The notes under the pieces were generated by a model that worked only from the letters and a program-made list of their open reading frames with translations, was not told the origin of the DNA and ran no database searches. A program made the position numbers and the translations under genes. DNA of 64,000 bases from Candidatus Iainarchaeum sp. (GTDB lineage: Archaea; Iainarchaeota; Iainarchaeia; Iainarchaeales; UBA10219). How positions within the stretch are numbered: position 1 is the first letter of the stretch; every line of letters starts with the position of its first letter. The stretch lies in contig JAGVWE010000005.1 in the NCBI GenBank assembly GCA_018304425.1, positions 128,001 to 192,000 of the forward strand, read 5' to 3'. Of the stretch, positions 46,684 to 57,080 are shown piece after piece.

Positions 46684-46800
46684 GCGGCTCGCACCGTTTG
46701 CAAGCCCCTGTGCGCGGCTGAAAGGCCTTGGAAAAGGGTTTATTAATCCCTTCAGCGTTAATCCATTGAATTCTGTTTAGGCAAGGGGACTGGGTTGGAA

Positions 46801-49800
46801 ATGATTCGCATCGCGCGCCTCCGTTTGAAGAACTTCAAGAGCTTCCGCAAGGCCAACATCCCCTTTCACGAGGGCTTCACCTGCATTGCGGGCAGCAATG
46901 CCAGCGGCAAGTGCGTGGTGGGGGACACGAAAGTCTACCTGTCGGACGGCTCCGCCAAACGCATCGACGAGTTGGTTGAAGCGGCGCTCGCGAAGTCGCA
47001 GCAGCCAGAGAAAATGGAGGACGGGTGCTTCACCCTCGCCAACCCGGAAAACGTCGAGGTCGCATGCCTTAACACGTGCTCGCTGAAAATGGAGCCCATG
47101 CCCGTGCGCTCGTTCATCAAGCGCACGAGCCCCGCCACGCTCCTGAAACTCACGACGAAAAGCGGGCGCAGCGTCACGGCCACGGCCTACCACCCGGTCT
47201 ACTCGCTGCAGGACGGAAAGCTCAAGGCATTGCAGGCCGGCGAACTGAAGGCCGGCACGCGCATCGCGGTGCCGCGGCGCCTCGTCAAGGAAACGCCGGA
47301 CGGTTTTTTCCGGGAGCTGATTGAAGCGGTCGCCGAGGAAGACAACCTGTATGCGCCGAATTACGGAGAGTACCGCGAGATTGCGCGCAAGTGGCTGAAG
47401 GAAAACGGCCTGACGCAGAAAGCGGGGGCGGCGCGCACCGGCATCCCTTACCTGGCCTTGAAGTCGTTGCTGGACGGCCAGGCCATGAAGCTGGCATACT
47501 TGTTCAGGTTGCTGAAGGCCGCAGGCCACGAAGCAAAAGAAATAGCCTGCCTGGTTCCGATGGCAAAGGGCAAGACCGGCGCGAAGGAAGTGGTCATTCC
47601 CTGGCATAACTCCAAGAAATTCGCGCGGCTGCTGGGGTACTTGTTCGCGGAAGGCCGGAACTCGACGAACAACCAGGTGTGGTTCACCAACGGCACGCCA
47701 GAAATCGTGGAAGACTATGCGAGCCTGTGCCGGCAGACCCTGGGCATCGAACCATTCGTGAAAAAATACAAGCCGAACGCCTGGGACGCCATCCTGTTCT
47801 CGAACCCCGCCAGCCTGTTCCTGGACAAGTTCGGGTTATGCAGGGGCAAACGCACGAAGCACAAGCGGTTGAACGAATTTTTCATCAGGCACGCGTCGCC
47901 TGAAGAGCTGGCGGAGTTCCTGAACGGCTTGTATTGCGGCGACGGTTACGTGACTGGCAACACCGTTGAGCTGACCAGCGCGAGCCGGGAGCTGGCTTTA
48001 AGCGTGCAACGCCTCCTGCTGATGCTGGACATTCCGGGGCGCCTCAAGCAGCGCACCAAGCATGCGACCAACACGGGCCGGAGCGGCATCTATTGGAGTG
48101 TGAGCGTATTCGGCCAGGAAAACCTCCGGAAATTCAACGAGAAAATCCGGCTCGTGCACGAGGCGAAGCGACGAACGCTGGAAAGCGCGGTTGCCGAGCC
48201 GCGACGGATCCATTCCAATGTGGACCTCATTCCGGGGTTGCAAGGCGTTATCCGAGAAACCTGCCAGGTGCTGGGTTCGCACCCCATGCGCAAAACCGAC
48301 CGCTATCCGAAGCTCCAAGCCTATGCGAGGAACCTGTGCGAGGTCAGCCGGCACGGCCTGCAGGAGGTCATCGAAAGGGAGTTCGCTCCCTTGGCGGTCG
48401 CGTCCCCGGAGAAGCTGGCCGGCCTCCGGCTGCTGGCGGAATCGGATGTTCTGTGGGACGAAATCGTGTCCATTGAAGCCTTGGAATCGGCGGAAGAATG
48501 GGTGTACGACCTGTGCATCGACGAGCACCACAACTTCGTGGCCGACAATGTGTTCGTGCACAACAGCAACATCCTGGACTCCATCCTGTTCGCCTTGGGC
48601 GCCACGAGCCTCAAGATGCTGCGGGCCTCGCGGTTGACCGACCTGGTGAACCATGACGCGGACGAGGACTATGCGAAGGCCGAGCTGGTGCTGAATGAGA
48701 ACGGCCAGGAAATCGAGGTCAAGCGGCTGATTGACAAGAAGGGGCGCGGCGCGGTCAAGCTGAACGGGAAGAAGAAGAGCCTGGATGAGGTCACGGCCTA
48801 CCTCGAGGAGCTGGGCCTACGGGCCAGCGGCCACAACATCGTTGTCCAGGGAGACATAACCAAAATCATCGAGATGAACCCCAAGGAGCGGCGACAAATC
48901 ATTGACCGGGTCGCGGGCCTCCAGGAGTTCGAGGAAAAAAAGGAGGAAGCGCTCAAGAAGCTGGAGAAGGTCGAGCAGAAGGTGCGCGAGGTCGGCATCG
49001 TCTTGAAGGAACGCGAGCTGTACCTGGGGGAACTGGAAAAAGAGCGGGCGCTGGCCCTGAAGTTCGAGCAACTCAACACCGAGTTGAAGCAGTCGAAGGC
49101 CACGATTTTGGCGCTGGAGATAAAGAAGGTCAAGGCCGAGTTGGCGAGCGCGGAAAAAAAGCGGGAGAGCCTGCAGAAGCAGATTGACCGCCTGGCCAGG
49201 GAAAAAGAGGGGTTGGCCGAGGAGGGCCGCAAGGCAGGGGAAAAATTGGAGGAACTGACCCGGAAACTCTTGGAGGCCAGCCAGAAGACCTATTCCGGCA
49301 TCGGCCGCGAAATCGAGGAAAAAAAGGCGGAAGCCCGCGTCCTCCGCGAGCGACTGGCGGGTTTGAACCAGCGCCTGCAACAGGATTCCCTGGCCCTCCA
49401 GCAACGGGTGGACCAGGCCAAGAACCTGGCCAAGACCGCGGGCGAGCGGGAGCGGGAACTGCACACCGCGCGGGACAAGCTTCAGGGACTCAGCGAGTCG
49501 CTCAAGCAATTGCAGGGCCTGATTGAAGCCAAGTCCAAGACGGTTTCCGCCAAGAGCGGGGCGTTGAAGGCCAAGGAAGGCCAGATCGAGGGGTTGAAGG
49601 CGAGGGCCTTGGAGCACAAGGAGGCCTTGATGGGCACGCACGGCGAAATCGCGTGGGCCGAGAACCTCCTGGCCTCGCGGGAGCACTCCATTGAGGCCGT
49701 GGAAAAGGAGAACGCGGCGTTGCACAAGAAGCTGGAGGAGAAGGGCGAGCTGTTGAAGCGGCTCCGGGAACTCGAGAAACGCAAGGACCACGAGCAGGCC

Positions 49801-51492
49801 TTGTTGAAGAAGGAAGCCGAGCTGGAGAAGGCCTTGGAGGACATCAGTTACTCGAAGAACCGCATCGAGGGCCTCCACGAGGAGATGGCGGCCCTGCAGA
49901 AGGCGAAAACCTCTTGCCCGGTCTGCGAGAACGAGTTGACCGGGGAGCGGAAGGACAAGTTGCGCGCGAAAAAGGAGCGCGAGAAGGACGAGTTCGAGGC
50001 CCGCATCCAGGAAAAGCACGCCTTGCGCGTGGAAATCGCGCGCGAGAAGGACGAGTTGCGGCACACCCTCAACGAGATAATCAAGTTGCGCGCCCAGCTC
50101 GAGGACGTGGACGAGCTGAAGAAGAAGCTGGAGGACAACCGCAAGCGCGTGCTGGAGTTGACCGCGGAATTGAAGAAGGTGGACTTGCCGGGCCTCAAGG
50201 CCAGGGAAAAAGAGCAGCAGCACGAGCTCGAGCGCGTGGAACGCGAGTGCTCGCTGGCCGTGAAGGGCCTGGAGAACATGCAGGAATCCGCGGAGAACCT
50301 GGCGTTCAACCAGTTGATGGAGAAATTCAACGAAGCCAACGCCGAGCACGCGGAGCGGCAGGAGCGGTTGCTCAAGCTGGAAAGCGAGTTGAACAATGCC
50401 AGGGAGGCCAGGGAGCGGCTGGGCGGCGAGGCCAAGGCCCTGGAAGGCCAGGTAAAGGGGTTCGGCGAGCAGCGGATGGAGAACGAGCGCGCCCTCCAAG
50501 GCATTGAAGGGGAACTGGCGGAGAAGCAGCTGGAAATGGAGAAGTCCCGGCAGGAAACCGGGTTGATGGAGCAGGAAAAGCAGCGGGTGTCCGCGCGGGT
50601 GCACGCGGTGGCCGGCGAGAAAGGCGAACTAGAGGGAAGGATTTCCGGGCTGGAACGGGAACTCAACGAGTTCAATCTCGAGCAGTCGCGGAACGAGGTC
50701 CGAATCGTCGACCTGGAAGAGGAATTCAAGCCCTTCGCGTCCATCGAATTGCTGAAGGAAGCCGAGCTGCCCGCCCTGCGGAGCCGCCTGCCGAAAATCG
50801 AGGCCGAACTCGACAAAATCGGGGCGGTCAACATGAAGGCCATCCAGAGCTATGAAGACTACAAGAAGGAAGTCGAGGACGTGCGTGGCAAGGCGGCCGT
50901 GCTCGAAGGGGAGCGGAAGGCCGTGCTGGAAATGATTGACAAGATCGAGGTCAAGAAACTCAACGTGTTCATGGAGTGCTTCAACAAGGTCAGCTATTTC
51001 TTCGGCGAACTCTACAAGAGCGTCTTCCAGAAGGAGGGAAGGCTGGGCTTGTCCGATGCCGTGAACCCCTTGGCAGGCGGCCTCCTGATCCAGGCCAAGT
51101 ACAAGGAAGACAAGATGAAGAGCCTGGACGAGATGTCGGGCGGGGAAAAGTCGTTGACGGCGTTGGCGTTCCTGTTCGCCATCCAGCAATACCAGCCCTC
51201 GCCCTTCTATATCTTTGACGAGATTGACGCGGCCCTGGACAAGGAGAACTCGGTGCGTGTGGGCCTGATGATCCAGCAGGTGGCCCGGAAAAGCCAGGTC
51301 ATCAGCATCACGCACAATGATGCAGTCATCAAGCTGGCCGACCAGCTCATCGGCGTGGCCCTGAACAAGCAGAAGAGCAGCGTGGTGGGGTTGAAGCTCA
51401 AGGGCGTGCTTTCGGCCGGTGGGGTCTTGGGCGGCGGGGAGAAACCCGACGAGGTCAGCGACGAGGAAGGCGCGGAAGAGCTCTCCGCGTAG
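46801..51492 (+). CDS. smc: SMC-family ATPase with intein and central CPVC zinc-hook-like motif
   Basis: LKNFKSF, GSNASGK|intein|SNILD, VVQGDI Q-loop, MSGGEKS signature, FDEIDAALD; coiled coils on either side of CPVC at 49915-49926. Confidence 0.92.
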   Translation: MIRIARLRLKNFKSFRKANIPFHEGFTCIAGSNASGKCVVGDTKVYLSDGSAKRIDELVEAALAKSQQPEKMEDGCFTLANPENVEVACLNTCSLKMEPMPVRSFIKRTSPATLLKLTTKSGRSVTATAYHPVYSLQDGKLKALQAGELKAGTRIAVPRRLVKETPDGFFRELIEAVAEEDNLYAPNYGEYREIARKWLKENGLTQKAGAARTGIPYLALKSLLDGQAMKLAYLFRLLKAAGHEAKEIACLVPMAKGKTGAKEVVIPWHNSKKFARLLGYLFAEGRNSTNNQVWFTNGTPEIVEDYASLCRQTLGIEPFVKKYKPNAWDAILFSNPASLFLDKFGLCRGKRTKHKRLNEFFIRHASPEELAEFLNGLYCGDGYVTGNTVELTSASRELALSVQRLLLMLDIPGRLKQRTKHATNTGRSGIYWSVSVFGQENLRKFNEKIRLVHEAKRRTLESAVAEPRRIHSNVDLIPGLQGVIRETCQVLGSHPMRKTDRYPKLQAYARNLCEVSRHGLQEVIEREFAPLAVASPEKLAGLRLLAESDVLWDEIVSIEALESAEEWVYDLCIDEHHNFVADNVFVHNSNILDSILFALGATSLKMLRASRLTDLVNHDADEDYAKAELVLNENGQEIEVKRLIDKKGRGAVKLNGKKKSLDEVTAYLEELGLRASGHNIVVQGDITKIIEMNPKERRQIIDRVAGLQEFEEKKEEALKKLEKVEQKVREVGIVLKERELYLGELEKERALALKFEQLNTELKQSKATILALEIKKVKAELASAEKKRESLQKQIDRLAREKEGLAEEGRKAGEKLEELTRKLLEASQKTYSGIGREIEEKKAEARVLRERLAGLNQRLQQDSLALQQRVDQAKNLAKTAGERERELHTARDKLQGLSESLKQLQGLIEAKSKTVSAKSGALKAKEGQIEGLKARALEHKEALMGTHGEIAWAENLLASREHSIEAVEKENAALHKKLEEKGELLKRLRELEKRKDHEQALLKKEAELEKALEDISYSKNRIEGLHEEMAALQKAKTSCPVCENELTGERKDKLRAKKEREKDEFEARIQEKHALRVEIAREKDELRHTLNEIIKLRAQLEDVDELKKKLEDNRKRVLELTAELKKVDLPGLKAREKEQQHELERVERECSLAVKGLENMQESAENLAFNQLMEKFNEANAEHAERQERLLKLESELNNAREARERLGGEAKALEGQVKGFGEQRMENERALQGIEGELAEKQLEMEKSRQETGLMEQEKQRVSARVHAVAGEKGELEGRISGLERELNEFNLEQSRNEVRIVDLEEEFKPFASIELLKEAELPALRSRLPKIEAELDKIGAVNMKAIQSYEDYKKEVEDVRGKAAVLEGERKAVLEMIDKIEVKKLNVFMECFNKVSYFFGELYKSVFQKEGRLGLSDAVNPLAGGLLIQAKYKEDKMKSLDEMSGGEKSLTALAFLFAIQQYQPSPFYIFDEIDAALDKENSVRVGLMIQQVARKSQVISITHNDAVIKLADQLIGVALNKQKSSVVGLKLKGVLSAGGVLGGGEKPDEVSDEEGAEELSA
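46912..48564 (+). mobile_element. Intein (551 aa) with LAGLIDADG homing endonuclease
   Basis: Starts CVVGDT, block B TAYHP, LLGYLFAEG and LNGLYCGDG motifs, ends WVYDLCI...HNFVADNVFVHN followed by Ser. Confidence 0.95.
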
Positions 51493-51582
51493 GCCAGGCA
51501 CAAGGTATAAATACCTTTCCCAAGTCAATTTTGGAATGAATGGCCCGATTTGGGTCGTTAAAGCTATTTTGGAGGGGTTGGA

Positions 51583-53631
51583 TTGGAATTGATTTTGCTC
51601 GTGTTCGCAATCAGCGTGCTATCCGTCGGGTTCGCGGGGTATCTCGCCAATTACGTCCTGAAGAAGGACACGGGGACCCCGAAAATGCGGGAAATCAGCA
51701 ACGCCATCATGGAGGGCGCGAACGCCTTCCTCAAAAGGCAGTACAAGACCATCGCGGTCATCTGCGTGGTGCTTGCGGTCCTGATCATGGGCGCCTATGC
51801 CTTGACCGGCAAGGTCGACTTCGGCCTCAAGACCGCGGTTGCCTTCGTGTTCGGGGCCTTTTGCTCCGCGCTGTCGGGTTACATCGGCATGTGGATTTCC
51901 ATCCGCGCCAACATCCGCGCGGCCTCCGGCGCGCAGCGCAGCCTCAACGAGGCGTTGACCATTGCCTTGCGCGGCGGAGCGGTGTCCGGCATCATCATCG
52001 TGGCCTTGTCCTTGCTGGGCGTGAGCGCACTCTATTACTTCTACGGGCTCTCCGCGCCCCTCACGGAAGTGCCTTTCCTGATCGTGGGCTTTGGATTTGG
52101 GGCCAGCTTCGTGGCCTTGTTCGCGCAACTCGGCGGCGGCATTTACACGAAAGCGGCTGACGTCGGCGCGGACCTGGTCGGAAAAGTCGAAGCCGGCATC
52201 CCGGAAGACGACCCCAGGAACCCCGCCGTCATCGCGGACCTCGTCGGAGACAACGTCGGCGACTGCGCGGGAAGGGGGGCCGACTTGTTTGAAAGCACGG
52301 CCGCCGAAAACATCGGGGCCATGATCCTTGGAGTGGCCTTGTTTCCCGTGTTCGGCGTGAACGGCATCGTGTTCCCCCTAGTGGCAAGGGCCTTCGGCTT
52401 GATCGCCTCCATTATCGGGATCATGGCCGTGAAGGCCAGGGAAGACGAGGACCCCATGAACGCCTTGAACCGCGGCTATCTGATTACCTCGGTGCTGGCC
52501 GCCATTGCCTTCTACATCGCCACCCAGTGGCTGTTGGGCAACATCCTGTTCTTCTACGCCGGCCTCGTAGGCATCCTGGCCAGCATTGCCTTCGTCTACA
52601 TCACCATCTACTACACGGACCAAAAGTATGGGCCCGTTAAGTCGATTGCGGAGGCCTCGAAGACCGGGCACGCGACCAACATCATCGCGGGATTTGGGGT
52701 GGGACTCGAATGCGTGGCGGCACCGGTCATCGTCTTGAGCGCGGCCCTCATGGGCTCGTTCATGATTGGCGAGCTGTCCGGGTATGCGAACGGCGGCTTA
52801 TACGGAACGGCCATCGCGACCATGGGCATGCTTTCAACGGCTGCCTTCGTCTTGGCCATGGACACTTTCGGCCCCATCACGGACAACGCCGGGGGAATCG
52901 TGGAGATGAGCAAGAGCCCGGAAAAAGTCCGGAAGATCACGGACCGGCTGGACGCGGTCGGCAACACCACCAAGGCCCTGACGAAGGGCTACGCGGTGGG
53001 CTCGGCCGGCCTCGCGGCGTTCCTGTTGTTCACGGCCTACATGGATGAAGTCACGAAACTGGTGGGGCACCCCATGACGGTGAATCTCGCCAAAGTGGAC
53101 GTGTTCGTGGGCGGGTTGCTGGGCGCCATGCTGGTGTTCCTGTTCAGCAGCTACGCCATCAAGGCCGTTGGAAAGACCGCGGGCAGCGTCATCGAGGAAG
53201 TCCGGAGGCAGTTCAGGGAAATCCCCGGCCTCATGAAGGGAAAAGCCAAGCCCGACTACGCGAAATGCGTGGACATCTGCACCACGGCCGCCTTGAAGGA
53301 AATGGTGTTGCCAGGGCTTCTCGTGGTTTTCATGACCCTGGCCGTAGGCTATGTCCTCAAAGCCGAGGCCGCGGCGGCTTTCCTGATGGTGGGAACCATG
53401 AGCGGAATCCTCATGGCCTTGCTGCTCAACACGGGTGGAGGCGCCTGGGACAACGCCAAGAAATACATTGAAACCGGTGCCTTTGGCGGCAAGGGAAGCG
53501 AAGCCCACAAGGCCGCCGTAACCGGGGACACGGTGGGGGATCCCTTCAAGGACACGGCAGGCCCGAGCCTGCACGTGTTAATCAAGCTCTTGGGAACCCT
53601 TACCCTGGTGCTCGCGCCCCTATTCATATAG
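51583..53631 (+). CDS. hppA: Membrane-bound H+-translocating pyrophosphatase (K+-independent signature)
   Basis: DVGADLVGKVE, DNVGD, GNTTKA, GDTVGDPFKDT. Confidence 0.96.
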   Translation: MELILLVFAISVLSVGFAGYLANYVLKKDTGTPKMREISNAIMEGANAFLKRQYKTIAVICVVLAVLIMGAYALTGKVDFGLKTAVAFVFGAFCSALSGYIGMWISIRANIRAASGAQRSLNEALTIALRGGAVSGIIIVALSLLGVSALYYFYGLSAPLTEVPFLIVGFGFGASFVALFAQLGGGIYTKAADVGADLVGKVEAGIPEDDPRNPAVIADLVGDNVGDCAGRGADLFESTAAENIGAMILGVALFPVFGVNGIVFPLVARAFGLIASIIGIMAVKAREDEDPMNALNRGYLITSVLAAIAFYIATQWLLGNILFFYAGLVGILASIAFVYITIYYTDQKYGPVKSIAEASKTGHATNIIAGFGVGLECVAAPVIVLSAALMGSFMIGELSGYANGGLYGTAIATMGMLSTAAFVLAMDTFGPITDNAGGIVEMSKSPEKVRKITDRLDAVGNTTKALTKGYAVGSAGLAAFLLFTAYMDEVTKLVGHPMTVNLAKVDVFVGGLLGAMLVFLFSSYAIKAVGKTAGSVIEEVRRQFREIPGLMKGKAKPDYAKCVDICTTAALKEMVLPGLLVVFMTLAVGYVLKAEAAAAFLMVGTMSGILMALLLNTGGGAWDNAKKYIETGAFGGKGSEAHKAAVTGDTVGDPFKDTAGPSLHVLIKLLGTLTLVLAPLFI

Positions 53632-53706
53632 TGGCGCGCACCCCCTCCTTTTTCCCTCTTCTTTTTATTTCTTTGGCCCCCCCTACAATTACGTCGGTGC
53701 AGCTTC

Positions 53707-54477
53707 ATGGAAGAAAAACAACGCTCCTTGCTCGTCATCCTGATTGCGGCCCTGATTTTCGGGTTGGGCGCCTTCTCCGGCCCCACGTTCTTGGGCCTCT
53801 TGTCGGGCGAAAACGGTTTGGGGAGTCCGGGCCTGCCAGCCATCCAGTCCAGCGGGCAGACCGCCAGCATCAACATCGTGGCGGTAACCAGCCAGGGCGG
53901 CGGAGAGGTGTCCAAGGGAGTCGTCGAGTTGGTGCCGGGAAAGGGCCGCGTGTTAATCAACACCAACCCCTTTGTGGAACCGGACACGCAGTACTCGTTT
54001 GAGACCGCTGCCCAGGTAGCCGAAGGGGTCACGGGAAAGAGCTTGAAGAACGTGGACATCATTTTCACGGTCGAAGAATCCAAGGCCAAGCTGGTGGGCG
54101 GTCCCTCCGCAGGCGCGGCCTTCACCGTGGCCACCATCGCGGCCGTGGAAGGCCGGAAAGTGCGGACCGATGCCGCCATCACGGGAACCATGGACAAGAC
54201 CGGCCGGATCGGCCCCATCGGCGGCGTGCTCGAGAAAATGGTGGCCTTCGGCGAACTCGGCGGCAAACTCTTCCTGGTACCCAAGGGACAGGGCACCGTC
54301 AACTACCTGGTCGAGGAACCGGCCGGCGAGGGAAGGCAGGGGCCCTACCTCATCAAGCGGTTCCGCATGACGCAAAAGGCCCTGAAACTCGATGACTACG
54401 CCAAGGAACATTTCGAGGGAATGAAGGTAGTGGAAGTAGCGCACGTCGATGAAGCCCTGGCGCTGCTGGTACAATAG
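53707..54477 (+). CDS. Membrane-anchored Lon-like S16 protease domain
   Basis: N-terminal TM; GGPSAG, ITGT, IGGVLEK Ser-Lys dyad. Confidence 0.88.
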   Translation: MEEKQRSLLVILIAALIFGLGAFSGPTFLGLLSGENGLGSPGLPAIQSSGQTASINIVAVTSQGGGEVSKGVVELVPGKGRVLINTNPFVEPDTQYSFETAAQVAEGVTGKSLKNVDIIFTVEESKAKLVGGPSAGAAFTVATIAAVEGRKVRTDAAITGTMDKTGRIGPIGGVLEKMVAFGELGGKLFLVPKGQGTVNYLVEEPAGEGRQGPYLIKRFRMTQKALKLDDYAKEHFEGMKVVEVAHVDEALALLVQ

Positions 54478-54485
54478 GTCACGCG

Positions 54486-56936
54486 TTATTTTTTCGGCTC
54501 TGGCTTCTTTTTGGGGAGTGGCTTGACCTGCTTCCGCACCGAGCGCTGGACTTCCGACCAATCGCTTTCAACTCTCCCTACTGCCTGCCTTGCCTGGTCG
54601 GCTGCCACAACCTGGTCAATGGACTCCTCTTCGGCCAGGGCCTCGTACAACTGCTTGACCTTGGCATTGTATTCGTTGGTGAGTTTCCGGAAGTCCTCGG
54701 GGGAGATGCTGCGCTGCTTGAGGCTCCGCCGCAGGTCCCTGGACTTCATGTCAAACAACAAGAGGTCGGCGCGCAGCTTGTCCGAGGCAAAGGACTCCTC
54801 GGTCTTGGCTTCCCGCATGCGGAGCAGCCTCCGCAGTTGCTCGGACAACCGGCCTGACTCGGAGAGGTACTCGTCCTGGGAGAGCCTGCCCCTTGAAAGC
54901 CTTTCCTCGATTTCCCGCTGCTTTTGCTTGACCCCCTTTATTTCCTCGTACACCGAGTACTTGACGTCCGACTTCCGGGCTTTCAGTATCTTGAGCAGCA
55001 ACACCAGCAGCACGATGAACAACACGGTGGGCAGGAGGAAAAACATGAGGTACCACTTGGTCTGATCGGTTTTCACGACCTCGTCGACGGCCGACTCCGA
55101 GCCCGTGTAGGGCTTGGCGGCGTTCTTTTCATAGAACTCGCTGACCTCTTCCACGGTCTTGAAGAGGCTCTCCGCCAACATGGCCAGGCTCAACCCGTTC
55201 TTCAGGGAGGAAAGGGCATCGCTTTTGTGGTTCAATTCCTTGTAGTAAACGGCTTCCTCCAGGTAATAGCGGGCGTGGTCGAGGTAGAGGTTGGCCCAGA
55301 CATGCCGGTACTTGGAGTTGGCAATGGCCGAGCCCAAGTCGGCCAGTTTCTTGCGGAGGCTGGCCTCGAGCTTGACGGCATCGTCTTCCTTGGCCAGGCG
55401 CTTGCCCTCGATCAAGGCCTGCGCCGAGGCCGCGTTGAACAGGGCCGAGAGGCTCCAGCCACGCTTGAGTTCCTCCCGCGCCGAGGCAATCCGCCGCTCA
55501 ATGTCCTCGATGTCCTCGCCCTTGAAAACCGTCAACCCGTTTTCCGCCTTCACCAGCAGGTCCTGCACGCGTTCCACGAAGTCAGGCAAGGGCTTCACCT
55601 TCTTCTGGGAGACCTTGGCCGCCTCGAAGAATTCCCGGGCCACCAGCAGCCAGGCCCTTGCGGACTCGAACTTGTAGAGGGCGTCGATGACGGCTTCCTT
55701 CTTGTCGGCCGAGCCCCCCGCCGAGACCACGATGGTCTGGCCGCGGGACAACTCGTTCAAGGTGGTTTCGGCCCAGCCCAGCCGCTGCTGCGCGGAAACC
55801 ATCCACTCCAGGCGGTCAACGGGCATGAACTCGGACAATTGCTTCTTCAAGTCCACGAGTTCCTGCTTGAGCAAATCCACTTTCAGGTCGAAAACCGTGG
55901 AATCGTCGGACAACAGCGAGGGGTTTTCCGCGATGTCCTTGATGAGCATGGCGTTGACCCTTGCCAGGAATGCGAAGTTCGCGCTGCTGTACAGGTAGCC
56001 CTGGTCCAGGAGGATATCGGCCGTTTTGAGGTTCTTTTCCGCGTTGTTGAGGCTAGCCACCATCCGGCCGATGATGGAAACGTCTTCAATCAGGGTCGAG
56101 GAAAGCGCGTTCCGCGCCTCCTTCATGAGCTGCTTGGTTTCCTTCAAGTGCTTCCGGGTAATCTCCTTCATGGGCAGCAGTTCCTCTGCCGGCGTGGTCG
56201 GCTTTGGGACGAATTCGGGGGGCTCCTTTTCCGCCAACTCCTTGATGTCAATCTGCGATACATCCGTGTATGCGTACTTCAGGACGTCGTCCAGGGTGGA
56301 GGCCTCGACCACGTAGAGCCCCCACTTGTCCTTCGCGTACTGAATGAGGTTGATGGATTCGACGCCCGACTCGAGTTTCTCGATGCGGCGGGCTTCCCCC
56401 GAGGGAATCATGAACAGCTTCATGCCCCCGTCCTTCGCTGCCCTGGCCTTTTCGAAGACCCCTCCCACCGTGCCCACGATTCCGTCCTCGGAAATCGTGC
56501 CCGTGATGCTCACGTCTCGGGGAACGGTTTTTCCCTGCAGCAGGGCCGCCACCATGTAAGCCATGGCCGCTCCCGCCGAGGGCCCCTCGACCACGGCAGC
56601 GGTTGAACCAATCGAGAACTTGTAGTCGAACTTCTCCCATTCAGGAGAATACTTTTTTGCGGCCTGGACCGCGGCCTTTTCAGCGCTCTGCGTGGTCGTG
56701 CCCACCAGGGGGTTGACGGAAGTCCAGACCTTTCCGGTGCCGGGAACCAGTTCCAGGTAGAGGTCGGCTGAAAGCCCCTCGCCGTCGCCCGTGACGGCAA
56801 AAATCTTCATGGCCCCGCTGCGCACCTCGCCCTGGGACGCGGGCACGGCTTCCACGGCCCAGGCAAGCTGGCCAAGGCTGAACAGGAACAGGAAAACCAG
56901 TGCCACCTGCTTATTGAAAGCCAACCATTCACCCAA
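54486..56936 (-). CDS. Secreted/membrane archaeal S16 serine protease with helical region, TM and cytoplasmic tail
   Basis: Signal peptide; EGPSAG, ITGTI, VGGVFEK; YLYSSANFAF; late TM; start approximate. Confidence 0.85.
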   Translation of the reverse strand: MGEWLAFNKQVALVFLFLFSLGQLAWAVEAVPASQGEVRSGAMKIFAVTGDGEGLSADLYLELVPGTGKVWTSVNPLVGTTTQSAEKAAVQAAKKYSPEWEKFDYKFSIGSTAAVVEGPSAGAAMAYMVAALLQGKTVPRDVSITGTISEDGIVGTVGGVFEKARAAKDGGMKLFMIPSGEARRIEKLESGVESINLIQYAKDKWGLYVVEASTLDDVLKYAYTDVSQIDIKELAEKEPPEFVPKPTTPAEELLPMKEITRKHLKETKQLMKEARNALSSTLIEDVSIIGRMVASLNNAEKNLKTADILLDQGYLYSSANFAFLARVNAMLIKDIAENPSLLSDDSTVFDLKVDLLKQELVDLKKQLSEFMPVDRLEWMVSAQQRLGWAETTLNELSRGQTIVVSAGGSADKKEAVIDALYKFESARAWLLVAREFFEAAKVSQKKVKPLPDFVERVQDLLVKAENGLTVFKGEDIEDIERRIASAREELKRGWSLSALFNAASAQALIEGKRLAKEDDAVKLEASLRKKLADLGSAIANSKYRHVWANLYLDHARYYLEEAVYYKELNHKSDALSSLKNGLSLAMLAESLFKTVEEVSEFYEKNAAKPYTGSESAVDEVVKTDQTKWYLMFFLLPTVLFIVLLVLLLKILKARKSDVKYSVYEEIKGVKQKQREIEERLSRGRLSQDEYLSESGRLSEQLRRLLRMREAKTEESFASDKLRADLLLFDMKSRDLRRSLKQRSISPEDFRKLTNEYNAKVKQLYEALAEEESIDQVVAADQARQAVGRVESDWSEVQRSVRKQVKPLPKKKPEPKK

Positions 56937-57080
56937 TCGAATTCATATAATTAAGGGGCCGGGATTTAAATAGTTTTCCCGGTGGCTGGCAACGCCTTAA
57001 ACGTGGATAAACAGGGGCATGCCCCGAAAAAAGAGGGAAACGGATTGCTGGTTTCGGCCCTGGCCCTTCGGCCATTGGCC

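Noticed and set aside
48817-50604. Long antisense ORFs (595 aa here; also 54924-56606, 36430-37872, 14446-15798)
   Set aside because: Shadows of well-supported genes on the opposite strand, expected from GC-rich codon usage; no recognisable motifs.
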